A DNA stretch of 64,000 nt from Octopus vulgaris (GCA_951406725.2 OX597824.1:6944001-7008000), one strand, 5' to 3'. Counted from the stretch's first letter, positions 1-13,099 are shown. The notes: generated by a model from the letters alone, not told the origin. Program-made: numbers and translations.

Positions 1-111
1 CACATATACACACACACACAGACAGACAGATAGATAGATGTACTATTTAAGAATCCAAAGATTAGAAAAGAATGCACTTGTATATTTGTCAGGAGATTGA
101 GTATATTACTT

Positions 112-376
112 AAAGTGTACAGTATTATATATCTGTTACGGCCGAACCTACCAATCAGTTTCACACTAGGGGTTCATCATCTTTTTCACAGAAACCATAC
201 ACCGGATATGTCGGTTCACCTCCAACAATATAGAACAGTCACCATATTTCATTTCATGCCATCTCTGAAGAGTACAGGGTTGCATAATTAGACTGTTACC
301 TAACACCCCATTGAACCCCTAGTGTGAAACCAATGGATAAGATCAGCTGTAATGGATATACATACTCTACACTTTG
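112..376 (+). mobile_element. Penelope-like terminal cassette with inverted repeat and degenerate hammerhead motif
   Basis: 158-176 is the exact reverse complement of 312-330, and the arms extend imperfectly to 112 and 376. Motif at 261-343: ATCT-CTGAAGA-GTACAGGG...CCCTAGTGT-GAAAC-CAATGGATA-AGAT. Confidence 0.6.
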
Positions 377-599
377 ATTAATATATATATATATATAGGC
401 ATATATAGGGAAGGGGGCACATGGTATGATAGTTGAAATTGAATGTCTTCATCGTGTAGATGATGGTGTTCCTTCCCAATCTTCTGTGAAAATATGTGAG
501 GCCATGGAGAAATGATCCCTTATTTAGAAACATTTGAAGTCTAGCAACAAGACTAGCATCTGGTTGTAGAATATCGCCCTCAATGAATCCTGTCAGACT

Positions 600-908
600 C
601 ATAGTGGAGGCACATGGCCTAGTGGTTAGAACAGCAGACTTACAGTCGGGGGATCGCAGGTTCAAATCGCAGACCGGGTGATGTGTGTGTTTATCAGCGA
701 AACACCTAAGCTCCATGCGACTCCGGCAGAAGGTAATGGCGAACTTCTGCTGACTCTTTCACCACAACTTTCTCTCACTCTTTCCTCCTGCATCTTGCAG
801 CTCACCTGTGACGGACCGGCGTCCCATCCTGGTGGGGAACCTATATGCCAAGGAAACCAGGAAACTGGCCCTTATGAGCCAGGCATGACTCGAGAAGGAA
901 CAAACAAA
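600..908 (+). mobile_element. tRNA-derived SINE family B, tail type 1
   Basis: A-box TGGCCTAGTGG and B-box GGTTCAAATC; (AACA)n tail; flanked by CTGTCAGACT direct repeat (590-599, 909-918); homologous to 20130-20436. Confidence 0.85.
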
Positions 909-1627
909 CTGTCAGACTAATGTAAGCACGGAAATGAGGGCGTGAACACAACAACGGCGATGATGATGAAAGAAGAAAATAAACCAATGCATAGCCTTAC
1001 TAACCAAAGAACATTGATTAACCTCTGCTCATTATAGGTTTTCTGGAATCTTCATTTTAACAGTTAATACTTTAAGATCTGAGAAGTAGAATGTTAAGGC
1101 TGTCTTAGGAAAAAAAAAAAAAAAAGAAAAACAGCACAAACGCCAATACAATGTTGGCAATTGTACAAGTAGGTTTAAGAGTCACTTGCAGCCTGTGAGC
1201 TGCAATATGGCCACTGTTATAATACAACAATTAAATTACTGTATCTAATTAGCAGAACAAATTATGATATGGTAAAAGTGACATTTAGATTCCAACGCAA
1301 TGCTTTAGAAAAGGGTTTTCTGAGTGTAAGAACTAAAAAGAAAAAAAAATACCAGAACATATAATTTGAAATTATAATTCATCTTGGATAGAACATTGTC
1401 TTAGATTAATAATCAATTTGTAAGATAATAATTACTTGAACTAGTAATTGAGAGGGAATGATTCTCAAAAATATCTAAGAACGTATGTATGACATTAATT
1501 AGCGTGTTTGAGATAATAGGCGTAATATGTGTGTGTGTGTGAGTGAAAGAGAGGGCCTGTGTATGTGAAGGTTTAATACAAGTGAATAGAAGTATATTTT
1601 CATAGAAAGGCATGAATATACAAATCT

Positions 1628-1629
1628 GA

Positions 1630-1725
<96 letters not shown>

Positions 1726-1735
1726 GCGCGTGTGT
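1628..1735. repeat. Compound (CT)n(TA)n(CA)n microsatellite
   Basis: Direct inspection. Confidence 0.95.
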
Positions 1736-2169
1736 GTTGTATTTACAAAACATCTTACATCCAACTAACATGGGATGAAAACTTCTTATGATAGCATGAA
1801 ATGTTATAACATTATCGCTAACTTCTAAGTAATGATTAGCAAAGGCAAAACCAGTTGTCAATGTAAATATTTCATTTCATAAAATACTAGATTTTGCCCA
1901 ACATAAGATTTCTCTCAGTTTTCCTTTTGTTTCTATATTTTTCAAAAACTACACACACACACATATACATATATGTATATATGTGTGTGTGTATGTGTAT
2001 ACATAATTGTGTGTGTGTGTGTGTGTGTATGTGTATATATATACATATATATTCAAATACGATTAGAGGATGTGTTAACCTCGTGAAGGGATGGTTTCAT
2101 CCAAGGAAATACTGGTTCAATACCTAGTATTTTGAGGGAATGAATTTCCTTAAAATGATAGGTATATAT

Positions 2170-2223
<54 letters not shown>

Positions 2224-4074
2224 TAGCTGAGTATCCCAATTCTGCAAGATAATTTCCACAATAGAAGATGAGGATTTTTCAGATTTGCCTGACACTACAT
2301 CACTAAAAATGATGGGGGGTAGCTCTTTATGAAAAGAGTTTTTGAAAATAAATGAATCCCACTTCTGGACCGATTGTGTCCAATTTTTAGCATTACACAC
2401 TTGCAAAGAATACGAGGCACCTTTTAGATTAAAAAAAGGGTGGGGGGAAACCTTTTTGAAAATTTATGAATCATTTCAAATCTCCCTCCCTGACTCAGTA
2501 CTGATTTGGGCCAATTACATAGACATTACATGCTTGAAGAACATTGGGGAAGCCTTGAAGGTTAAAAAACCCCAACATTTGGGAAATGGTAATCACTATC
2601 ACAATTCACTCCTGTATTTCCAAACACAAATGAAATGCAACTTAAAATAGTGAAATCTTTTTTAATTTTTCCATTAATCCTGTCCCTCCATAAACCCTCA
2701 AATTTTGGCTTTTTATTTCCAAAATTTCTTTAATCAAATTTGTAAGATATGAAACAGTCTGAATCTATAATCTGTTTCTGTTAATAATTTCAAAGTAATC
2801 TTCAGGCGAAAAATGTGTGATTTGAGGTAGATTTAACTGTTGTTTCTAGCACATCCCACAACCATCTGCTACCTTCCGCATTTCTTTGTCACTCTGACAT
2901 GTATTTATGTTTTCCAACATTCCTCTCCCCATAAACACATTAAATGGAATGATTATGTTGATGGGATGCAAGCAACAACAACAACAGGAACAAAAAGTGT
3001 AATTGAAATTTTTATTCCCGAACCCTGTATCAAGCAAGTCCATGCGTGCATAATTGTATGTGTGAGTGCATATGTGTATGCATGTCTCTGTGCCTATGTG
3101 TGTTGTGTGTGTACGTAAGAAAAACCACATTTGCTAACAGAAAAAAATTATGCTATTAAAATAAATTATCATTAACATACCTATTTTAGATCATTATTTT
3201 GCCCTAATGATACTCGTTACACACACACATTGACAAACACGCACACACTCACTCAGCATGAGTAATGGAATTTTATAGAGAGTGAGAGAGAGTTTGGTAA
3301 AAAAAAATTATCAGAAAAGCAAAAAAATGAAAGAGACAGAGAGATCGTTTCTGTTGCTGTGACAGATTTTGAAATGTTCAAATTAATTGAATAGCTTCAA
3401 ATTTGGTATAGTGATGCGTACCTTTTGACGCCGATTCTGAGCTTGCAGTTCATTTATTCCAGAAGAATTTTAGAAAAAATGTTACAGAAGTTTAAAGTTT
3501 GATAAAGTTTTTATCCAATCAAAAAACAGACTTTGTGCATAATAGTTATCACAAAATGAAAATAAACTTTAGAAGATGAGGCTGTAAACAAAATGAAAGC
3601 AATGCCTGAGAATTAATGCATAATCACACAAAAGAGAATAAGTATCGAAAAGTGGGGGAAATATATATTGCAGGATACATTTGCGGAGAAAGACAGGGAG
3701 CAGGAGAATTGTCAATGTAAAAGTTATTTCTCATAGCAAATTATATTTTTCTATTATTATTTATGGACAACCTTTTCTTTGGGACGCAAATTTCACAAAT
3801 CAAATTCATTTTTCTCACGGATGCTCTGTTTCAGAGCGTTTCTGGGCTAAACAGACATACATAACCACATACACCCATATTTCTATAGCAGATATATACA
3901 TGGCTAGGGTGGGGTGGGGATTCATATATATTAACAATACTCTTGAATAAGAGCAATGGAATATGTGCGTCAATTTTACACAATAGGCATTAATATGGGG
4001 ATTGGAAAAATATAACACTAAGATGTTTGAAACTACACAATTTTTGTAATATTTATATTTTATATATATATTTT

Positions 4075-4290
4075 TTCCAAATGCACTTATTTCTTTTTCT
4101 TTTTGCCTCCTTAACCATCAGCCTAAACCTAAATGCATATGAAGTACATGTTCATTTAATATTAATATCCATGCCAAATGCATAAGAATGTATAGGGTGT
4201 GAACAATAACAAGAATGGTTTTTATAAAATGTGTAATAGTTGAATAAGGTAGGACGATACGATACCTTGGTAGAATGTAAAACTCAACAC
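4075..4290 (+). repeat. Old unclassified interspersed repeat
   Basis: Colinear similarity to about 13925-14130 (e.g. ATCCATGCCAAATGCATAAGAATGTATAGGGTGTGAACAATAACAAGAA vs ATTCATGCTAAATACATAAAATGTATTTGGGTATGAATAACAACAAGAA). Confidence 0.65.
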
Positions 4291-4651
4291 TGAAAATTCA
4301 ATACAAAAAAAAACAAAAAAAACAAACAAACCCAAAACAAATGATGAACAGAATATTTGGATGAGAGTGGTTTTTGTGTCTCTTTCAGTTTTTTGGGAGA
4401 GAATCTAAGAGATGGAAATAAATGAATAAATAAATCAAAATTGAAAATGCAGACTCTCTGGGATACCATTTTGGAATTACATAGGACTACAGAAAAAAAA
4501 AAAAGAAAAAAAACAGGCACGTTATAGAGAATCGGTAAAGCTTCAAGGAAGTGATTCATCGTATATTTTTGACAGCAGATATTTTTTTTTAAGTAAAAAT
4601 AAATGTCAAGAAAATCATGTAACATTCTCTCTCCCCACTTTCTCCCCCCCC

Positions 4652-5175
<524 letters not shown>

Positions 5176-5177
<2 letters not shown>

Positions 5178-5247
5178 TGGAGTGGCGCAGTGGAAGTGTG
5201 CTGGGCCCATAACCCAGAGGTCCGTAGATCGAAACTACACTCTGCTA
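5176..5247 (+). pseudogene. Initiator tRNA-Met(CAT)-derived sequence, probably the head of a mini-SINE
   Basis: GAGTGGCGCAGTGGAAGTGTGCTGGGCCCATAACCCAGAGGTCCGTAGATCGAAACTACACTCTGCTA matches eukaryotic tRNAi-Met (GGG-CCCATAA-CCC arm, ATCGAAA T-loop). The 5' acceptor strand is eroded (TATGGAG), there is a T-stem mismatch, and a SINE tail follows. Confidence 0.85.
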
Positions 5248-5327
5248 TGCAGAGGTTTCAACGGTGGTGCCCCAGCATGGCCGTAGCTTTCAGGCTGAAG
5301 CATTTTTAAGGATTTTAAGGATTTTTA

Positions 5328-5358
<31 letters not shown>

Positions 5359-5526
5359 CAATCAACACAGGCACATGTATGCACTCATGTGTACATAGTG
5401 GGTGCAATAAAAATTTTAAAAATCTTCCCAATTCCCTTGTTTTAGTGAATATTAGCTAATGAAGTCAGGCAGGTGGTAACAACGTATCCCTGAAGCTAAA
5501 GTTTCCTTGTTTTCATTCATATTTGC

Positions 5527-5864
5527 TTATTACCTCCACCTTAACGAGGGCAGAGATATTGTTTTCAGTCATATTTGTTTGTTTGTTTGTCCATGGACAA
5601 GATATATCTCAAGAACCACTGGATGGATTCAGATGAAACTTTCAGGGATGTTTGGCCTTGTGACTGGCATCAACTGTTTAAATTTTGAATTATCTTTCCT
5701 GCATTTTAACTTAATTTTTGAGAGCAGTCAGGTTCATTTTTAGTACTCTCGTTTGTGAGATCAGTCGAGTTTATTTCAAAAACTTTTAAAATCATGTCTG
5801 GCTAATTGTTGAGATGACGCTGATGTTGCCTTGACGGAGGTTTGCGCTCTATGAGTGCTCTTGT
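5527..5864 (+). mobile_element. Non-autonomous Helentron/DINE-like element
   Basis: TTATTACCTCCACC start; internal (GTTT)n; subterminal inverted CCTTGACGGAG; 3' hairpin GCGCTC-TAT-GAGTGC; inverted second copy at 31955-32258. Confidence 0.55.
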
Positions 5865-6010
5865 TCTTTTTGATTTTTTTTTTTTTAGTTACTGTTAAGG
5901 TTTGAACCGAAGCAGACTGTGAAATTGGTTTTGAAATGATGGAAAGCTTTGGCTATGCCATATACACACCCACACCTACAAACACACATGCACTCGCATG
6001 CATATATATA

Positions 6011-6425
6011 CTCTTTACTCTCCTTTACGCTTTTACTTGTTTCAGTCAGTTGACTGCGGCCATGCTGGAGCACCGCCTTCAGTCGAGCAACTCGACCCCG
6101 GGACTTATTCTTTGTAAGCCCAGTACTTATTCTATCGGTCTCTTTTGCCGAACCGCTAGGTGACGGGGATGTAAACACACCAGCATCAGTTGTCAAGCAA
6201 TGCTAGGGGGACAAACACACACACACAAACATACACGCACACATATATATATACATATATACGACGGGCTTCTTTCAGTTTCCGTCTACCAAATCTACTC
6301 ACGAGGTTTTGGTCGGCCCGAGACTATAGTGGAAGACACTTGCCCAAGATGCCACGCAGTGGGACTGAACCCGGAACCGTGTGGTTGGTTAGCAAGCTAC
6401 TTACCACACAGCCATTCCTGCACCT
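6011..6425 (-). mobile_element. tRNA-derived SINE family A, full length
   Basis: Minus strand: TGGCTGTGTGGTAAG A-box, GGTTCAGTCCC B-box, internal (TA)/(TG) tract, tail GGCGGTGCTCCAGCATGGCCGCAG...GAAACAAGTAAAAG; near-identical to 38511-38928. Confidence 0.92.
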
Positions 6426-7474
6426 ATATATATATATTAATTATTAATCCAATGGGTTACTCTATACTTTAGTATAGAAACCCTTTCATTATATTAACAT
6501 AACCATGGCTGAATGGTCAAGCTATTTGCTTAACAACTATGTGGTTTCAGGTTTGACCCCCATTATGTGTTACCTTGGTTATGTCACTACTTTCTACCCC
6601 ATGGTCTGGACTCTTGTGCATGAAATTTTATACACTAATATAATCCATTATAGATTTTACAAGTAACAACACTCATCATTAAAACTGTCCTTAAACTATT
6701 ACCACTTCCCACCTAACCACAAGTACCATAAAATTACCAACCAAAATAGCTCGGAAAATATCACATCCACCTAGCAACAGCTGTTCATAAAATCTTAGGA
6801 CATCCAACCAAGAAAGACTAATATGAAAGAGGATAACCAATATACATATACCTAACTGCAGTTTCAATAATAGAATCTTACGCCCATAAAATGAGATATT
6901 ACCTAAATCTGTATTTGACAATAGATAGTGCTCTAAAACTATGCGTTTGTCAGCAAAGCCTGAGAAAAAAGAAAAAAAGTTAGGAATAAATTTCAAGATT
7001 TAAAACAAATTATTAGTTAGCATGTCAGGAAAGGAAATGGTTTTTGTATTTGTATCTGCTTATTATATTACACAATCCAAGTACATATCTTATAAATGGA
7101 TTTCGTATCTGCTAAACTAGAATCCAAATTCTAGAACCAAACTTTGACAGTTAAAATAGAAATAAAGTAATATATGACAATTATTTTTGTAGCTTTAGAA
7201 TCTATATTCATGAATCAAACTTAACATATACATTTAGTTTTCACATTCAATATATTGGCAAGCATATTTATTGAGCTTAGCTTTTTTGCTTTTTATACTG
7301 AAGAGACTGACAAACAGGGAATATGGTTTTGATTAATTTTTCAATGAAAGCCGAAATACTATTCACAGAAATTTGAGCATTGCACAAGCAGATTAAGTAA
7401 CTATGCCAAAGGTTTCTTGTCTAAAAAGAAATATAGACAACCTCAATCACAATTATATCACATTTTTGCATATG

Positions 7475-7662
7475 TCATCATCATCATCGTCGTTGATCAT
7501 TTAACGTCCACTTTCCATGCTGGCATGGGTTGGATGGTTTCATTGAGGACTGGCAAGCCAGGAGGCTGCACCAGGCTCCAGTCTGATCTGGCAAAGCTTC
7601 TACAGCTGGATGCCCTCCCTAAAGCCAACCACTCTCAGAGTGTAGTGGGTGCTTTTACGTGG
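7475..7662 (-). mobile_element. Family C repeat (RTE-type 3' end with (TGA)n tail)
   Basis: CATCATC..TTTAACGTCCACTTTCCATGCTGGCATGGG...CTGGATGCCCTCCCTAAAGCCAACCAC; multiple copies in the window. Confidence 0.75.
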
Positions 7663-8077
7663 GTACTTATACATGCATGTTAGCAGTAGTGTACATACAT
7701 TACATGTTTACTTACACTGAAGCATACATGTGAGTCAGTGGCCCATATCCTTGACATTCTTTAAAAATAACAAAGGTATGAGTTATGGAGATCTGTCTGC
7801 AATATCTAACAGGAAAACTAATGATCTAAGTACTCTTGAGAATAAAAAGGATTGGATGGCCAGGTTTGGAAGGTATTTGATCTTAAGTTAGCTTAGTCAG
7901 AATTGACATGGAATTAAACAACAGTATATAAAACTTTAAATGTTGAACCCACCGAAGGGAAACTAAAAACACAAAGTCCATCACTTATCTACCCCACAAT
8001 AATACCACACTAAGAATTGCCCCGTAAAATATCAGGCATTAGAAGGCTAAAATTCACCCATATATATATATATATAT

Positions 8078-8325
8078 CACTGTGATTACTGTCACTGACC
8101 AGGCTATCAGATGTTGCTACACATCGCTGGTCACAATGCGCTTCACATTGTTTTAGCCTTCAAATGACGCCACCCTGCTGCTTAAGGGAACAGGGGCCAA
8201 CAGAAGAAAGAGTGAGAGAAAGTTGTGGCGAAAGAGTACAGCAGGGATCGCCACCACACCCTGCCGGAGCCTCGTGGAGCTTTTAGGCATTTTCACTCAA
8301 TAAACACTCACAATGCCCAGTCTGC
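8078..8325 (-). mobile_element. SINE family B, tail type 3, 5'-truncated
   Basis: Matches 11378-11630. Confidence 0.8.
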
Positions 8326-8401
8326 ATTTTTTTGGAACTGTTCAATCCTGACAAACCATTCAGTTCATGCCAACATGGTGCACGGATGATAAATGATGAT
8401 A

Positions 8402-8603
8402 GTACAGTTCTATATTTAAGAGATGAGGAATTGTGTACATTATTTACATTTGACGGATATTTGTCCTCATCTTGTTTGTTGTTAACACAATGCTTTGGCT
8501 CATATACCCTCCAGCCTTCATCATATGGCATAGAGGTTAAGAGTGCAGGCTACTAACCCCAAGATTCCGAGTTCGATTCCAGGCAGTGACTTGAATAATA
8601 ATA

Positions 8604-8676
<73 letters not shown>

Positions 8677-8850
8677 TGTTAATAACAACAACAACAACAA
8701 CAACATCAAAAAATAGCTTAAGAATGAGAACCCAGGTTCAAAATTTCCCCAAGGCACCTGATGAAGGCTGGAGGGTATATCAGCTGAAACATTATGTTGG
8801 CAACAAACAAGATGGAGACAAATATTCATGAAATGTAAATAATGTAAATA
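8402..8850 (+). mobile_element. tRNA-headed element with hammerhead-like Penelope-type tail and inverted tail copy
   Basis: A-box-like TGGCATAGAGG (8526), B-box GTTCGATTCC (8571), (AAT)n, then GGCAC-CTGATGA-A-GGCTG...CAGCT-GAAAC-ATT-ATGTT (8753-8798). Most of 8402-8523 is an inverted copy of the tail. Confidence 0.7.
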
Positions 8851-9443
8851 AAGACAAAGCTGTCAGTACTTGTAACTCAGTTAGTTTCTGTGGAATTGCA
8901 TGTGAAATCCCCCAAAGACTTTTAGAGTTAACAGTCATGAGATTATCATTAAAAACAAGAAAAACGAAAAACCCTAAACTTTTTCAAAAAACCTTTTGAT
9001 ACATTTTATCAATTTGTACAATTACTTTTGTATTCTGTGAAAAAGAGTTTGGACAAATATTTGTGGAAGGAGTTGTATCACTGATAAATAGCGATGGAGA
9101 GGATATGCAGATCGTTTTCATAGCCTTTCATCTGCCAAGAACAGAGTCGTTAGACTGGAAATAAAATGCTTGATGAACGATAAGAGTTAGGCAAAGCTGC
9201 TTGGAATTCAATTCAAAATAATGAAGAATCCACGTTCTCTTTAATCGTTACAGGAATACTGTTGAGGCATTAATTCAGCAAATTAGATAACAAGCTGGAT
9301 AATCTGAAGGCATAAGAAAGTGATACGTGTGTGCATGTGTCTGTGTGCACACATGTGTACGTGTGCATTGTACATATGTATCTATGTGTATATATATATG
9401 TGTGTGTGTGTGTTCACACATATCTCTGTACATGTGTATGTGC

Positions 9444-9525
<82 letters not shown>

Positions 9526-10043
9526 TTGTGTGTACCAATATATCTGTTTATGCAGATACGGGTGGGGTGCCGTTCATGCATATAAGTGCAGGTATGGCTT
9601 CATGGTTAAGAATTTCATTCCAGAACCACATGGTGACATGGACAATATGGTTCGGATGCCACTACTCAGACACCGGACAACGAATACCTTGTGGGTGAAA
9701 TACGTAGGGAGAAATTGAAGGAGGTCATCATAAGCCAATATTTACATTTTTTATTAGCCCTCATCTTCATGTGTGATCACTTATCATAAACAAAAGATTC
9801 CTTTTGATGGTGGCATTGTTCCAGTTCTTCACATGGCAATATCTGGGCTGTTCTTTGGTCCAAAGATTGAGAGTTCTGGCAGCTGGCACAAGGAAGGGAT
9901 TCAACCAATGGCAGAGCCAGCAAGTGTACCACTCAGGGCAGCCCTTGTGCTTGCTACCACCTCCACTCTCAAAGCCTATGCAGGTTTATAGAGCAGACCC
10001 AAAAGTGCTACATCCAAAAACGCATCGAAATTCTGAAGTGTGT

Positions 10044-10086
<43 letters not shown>

Positions 10087-10087
10087 T

Positions 10088-10300
10088 CATCATTTAATGT
10101 CCCCTTTCCATGATGGCAAGGTTTGAACGGTTTGACTGAAAACTGGTATGCCAGGAGGCTGCACCAGGTTCTCATCTGGTTTGGCAAAGTTTCTATGGCT
10201 GGATGCCCTTCCCAATGCCAACCACTCCAAGAGTGCAGTGGGAGTTTTCTACATGCCACCGGCATAGGTACCAATGACCTGCCACTGGCATCAGCCACAA
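10088..10300 (-). mobile_element. Family C repeat
   Basis: GCTGGATGCCCTTCCCAATGCCAACCAC motif and (CAT)n end. Confidence 0.7.
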
Positions 10301-10369
10301 CTACAGTCTCACATATGTATGTAATTAAATAAACGACAAAGGAACGGGAGATTATGCTCTGAACTTAAT

Positions 10370-10535
10370 TACTTTATGGCTGTTTCTCTTATAGGATGCA
10401 GTGCACACAAAGCTAAATACATGTGCACTACTCTATAGCTTCATCAGAGCTGCAAAAGAGAAAGCTATTGAGTGATGCATATGCACTCAATTCTGAATGC
10501 ATGAGCACCTTGTAGCAGAAACAGCTGTAAGCTAA
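10370..10535. mobile_element. Inverted pair of degenerate hammerhead-like cassettes
   Basis: Minus 10372-10452: GCT-CTGATGA-AGCTATAG...CTATAAGA-GAAAC. Plus 10463-10533: GCTAT...GTAGC-A-GAAACAGCTGTA-AGCT (palindromic stem III, core lost). Confidence 0.55.
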
Positions 10536-10677
10536 AGCAGTTCATTACATAGTTTACGGTTCCATTGTCATTTATTTAATTTCATATTATGCCCTGTATT
10601 CAATGTATATTGAGTTCTAATGCCAGGTTACCAGTATGGCTAAGCCTAAGCAAAATATTTATATATATATATATATA

Positions 10678-10830
10678 GTTGAAATTTATAGAAAAACAAA
10701 AGACGAAGACAGTTGAGAGAATAACAAGCAGGTGTATTAGTTTCATGCTCAGGAAAATGAAAAAATCTTTTACATTTTGAGCCTATGCTCTTCAACAGAA
10801 AGGAATAAGAGAAAATAAACACAGAGAGAA
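10678..10830 (-). mobile_element. Penelope-like tail fragment between (TA)n tracts
   Basis: Minus 10767-10802: CTTT-CTGTTGA-A-GAGC-ATAG-GCTC-AAAATGTA-AAAG, resembling a decayed minimal hammerhead. Confidence 0.4.
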
Positions 10831-10852
10831 TGAATATATATATATATATATA

Positions 10853-11340
10853 TTGCAGTGTGAATATATTTTTTTTTATATGGCACCGTGATTTAGAATC
10901 CGGTAAATAATAATAATGGTATTTTTATATAAGCTTAAAGCTTATGCGAATCACCCTGCAATGACAAAGGAAAGTAGCCTAATAATCAGGCATATAAACC
11001 CTCGAGAGGAAAAAGAAGGCTAAATCACAGTGCTGTATGAGAAAAAAAACAAACATTCACACTGAAAGCATATAGAAAGTTTGTTTACATAAAAACAAAT
11101 ACAAACTAATACCTAGTTCTTAAATTTGACAGAAACGGGGAAGTTGATTCGCTGGTGTAAAGGTAATACAGTTACTCGCGTTAACAAAGGGATGTGTGTT
11201 CGACTCCCATGCGGACAGGAAAGCCTACTTTTTTTCTGTTGAGGGCCCCTTTATTAGACTATTTTCCTCAGTCATTACACAGTGATCACCATAAGCTTTA
11301 AACTTATAGAAAAATACCATTATTATTATTATTATTATTA
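10853..11340. mobile_element. Nested inverted-repeat element with internal tRNA-like A/B boxes
   Basis: 10853-10896 is inverted at 11020-11067; 10908-10985 is inverted at about 11255-11335; TGGTGTAAAGG...GTTCGACTCCC at about 11153-11208. Confidence 0.5.
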
Positions 11341-11346
11341 TTTACA

Positions 11347-11377
<31 letters not shown>

Positions 11378-11381
<4 letters not shown>

Positions 11382-11695
11382 CGTAATCACTGTGACTGAC
11401 CAGGCTATCAGATGTTACTGCACATCGCTGGTCACAATGCGCTTCGCATTGTTTTAGCCTTCATATGACGCCACCCCGCTGGCTAAGCGAGGAGGCCAAC
11501 AGAAGAAAGAGTGAGAGAAAGTTGTGGCGAAAGAGTACAGCAGGGATCGCCAACACCCCCTGCCGGAGCCTCTTGGAGCTTTAGGTGTTTTCGCTCAATA
11601 AACACTCACAATAAATACACCTGGTCTGGGAATCGAAACCGCGGTCCCACAACCGCGAGTCCGCTACCCTAAGCACTGGGCCATTGCACCTCCAC
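11378..11695 (-). mobile_element. SINE family B, tail type 3, full length
   Basis: Minus head GGAGGTGCAATGGCCCAGTGCTTAGG...GTTTCGATTCCCAGACC; tail ends CACAGTGATTACGGTGA; sits in (TA)n. Confidence 0.88.
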
Positions 11696-11712
11696 ATATA
11701 TATATATGTATG

Positions 11713-11755
<43 letters not shown>

Positions 11756-11857
11756 AATATTAGGGAATAAATCCAAATTTACAGGGAAAAAAATCAGATT
11801 TAGGATTAAATCCAATTTTATATAAAATATTATAAAATATTATTAAGACAATATTTT

Positions 11858-11923
11858 GCAAACAAACAGGAAAGACTTAATCATATATTATTTTATGTAT
11901 TGATTAAGTCTTTCCTTGTTTGC
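11858..11923. repeat. Hairpin-forming inverted repeat
   Basis: GCAAACAAACAGGAAAGACTTAATCA ... TGATTAAGTCTTTCCTTGTTTGC. Confidence 0.8.
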
Positions 11924-12879
11924 ACACACACACGGACACACATTCATTACACTTCAAGTCTAATAGAAGCCAAAAAGAGAGAAAAAAAAAACCATGTTTC
12001 TGTCAATGATTTCACAACCCACTCAGATGTTCCTTCTTCGTCTCATGCTGAGTGGTATAAACAAAAACATGATGTCAACATCGCAGTTTGCTGAGAGTGA
12101 AGACTGTGTCATCCTCCCGGCTGAATGGATGACAGTTGGTAATGTATTGCTTGTACTGTTTGTTTGTGTGTTCCACGTATCGCATACATGTCTGAGATGT
12201 TTTTGCAGTGTAATGACTACCAACAGTCATCGTTTCATTTGCACACGGACGTTTTGCTTGCACAGTGTGTTAATTTGGAAGACAAGATGGTGGGAAATAA
12301 GATGAAGAATTGTTGATGGTTTATATATAAAAAAAAAAAAAAGATTGACTGATGAGAATATAAATAAATTGTAAGAATTGTAACAGCAATAACAACAACA
12401 ACAGACAGAGTTAATTCCACGGAACAGATTTCATTAACGCAACTAATATCAAAGAGAAAATTTTCAGGTAAGATAATAAGATGTAGCTGAATAATAAAAG
12501 TAGAAAAACATAGTCAAGTGTTTTAGGAGCTATTTGAGATTTCAATCAATTAGATGGAGAGAGGGTAAAATTTTAAAGAAGGAAAAGTAAACTGGGGAAA
12601 AAAAAAAAATCAAAGAAAAATCATTTAATTTTAAGAAGTTATTTTTGAAGACATTTTACACTTTAGAAGTGAAACTTTAGATAGTGTTGCCATATGGACA
12701 AATCAAGAAATGTTACAAAGAGGACTACACAAGGTCTACATGCTAAATGGTAACTGGATGATGGCTGGTTTTGATGATAAGATAATTAACCAACCAAATC
12801 ATCAGTTGTGAAGTCAACTGAATCAACTGCTTAATGAATTAACATGTAAGTGGTCGAGTATTCCACAGGTGTGTGTAAT

Positions 12880-13099
12880 TTTTACTCTTTTGATATGAAC
12901 CTGCCTGACAGTGCTCCTAGTTCTGTGATACAAACACCCACTTTTAAAGTGATTCCATCACATCTTCATATTAATTTATTTTCAAAATATTAGCTTGATA
13001 ATGAAAGTGTTATGTTACTGAATTTTTCGTTATTCTAAAAATTAATTGAAACAAAGGCAGTGTAATTTGAAGGGGAAATCTAATAGCAAAAAGGGTTAA
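12880..13099 (+). mobile_element. Degenerate piggyBac-type MITE
   Basis: Ends AAAAGGG-TTAA; internal similarity to the 49751-50394 units (TAGCTTGATAATG...AATTAATTGAAAC). Confidence 0.55.

Noticed and set aside
5176-5247. Functional tRNA-iMet gene
   Set aside because: Broken acceptor stem, T-stem mismatch, no immediate oligo-T terminator, and a SINE tail follows.
5885-6472. Recurring ORFs such as MLGGQTQT.../DGLLSVSVYQI... (also at 38705, 47914, 59739)
   Set aside because: Chance frames in SINE family A copies, not a gene family.
10463-10476. TTGAGTGA as another 8-nt hammerhead core
   Set aside because: Alignment with the adjacent inverted copy shows it is part of stem II, not the core.
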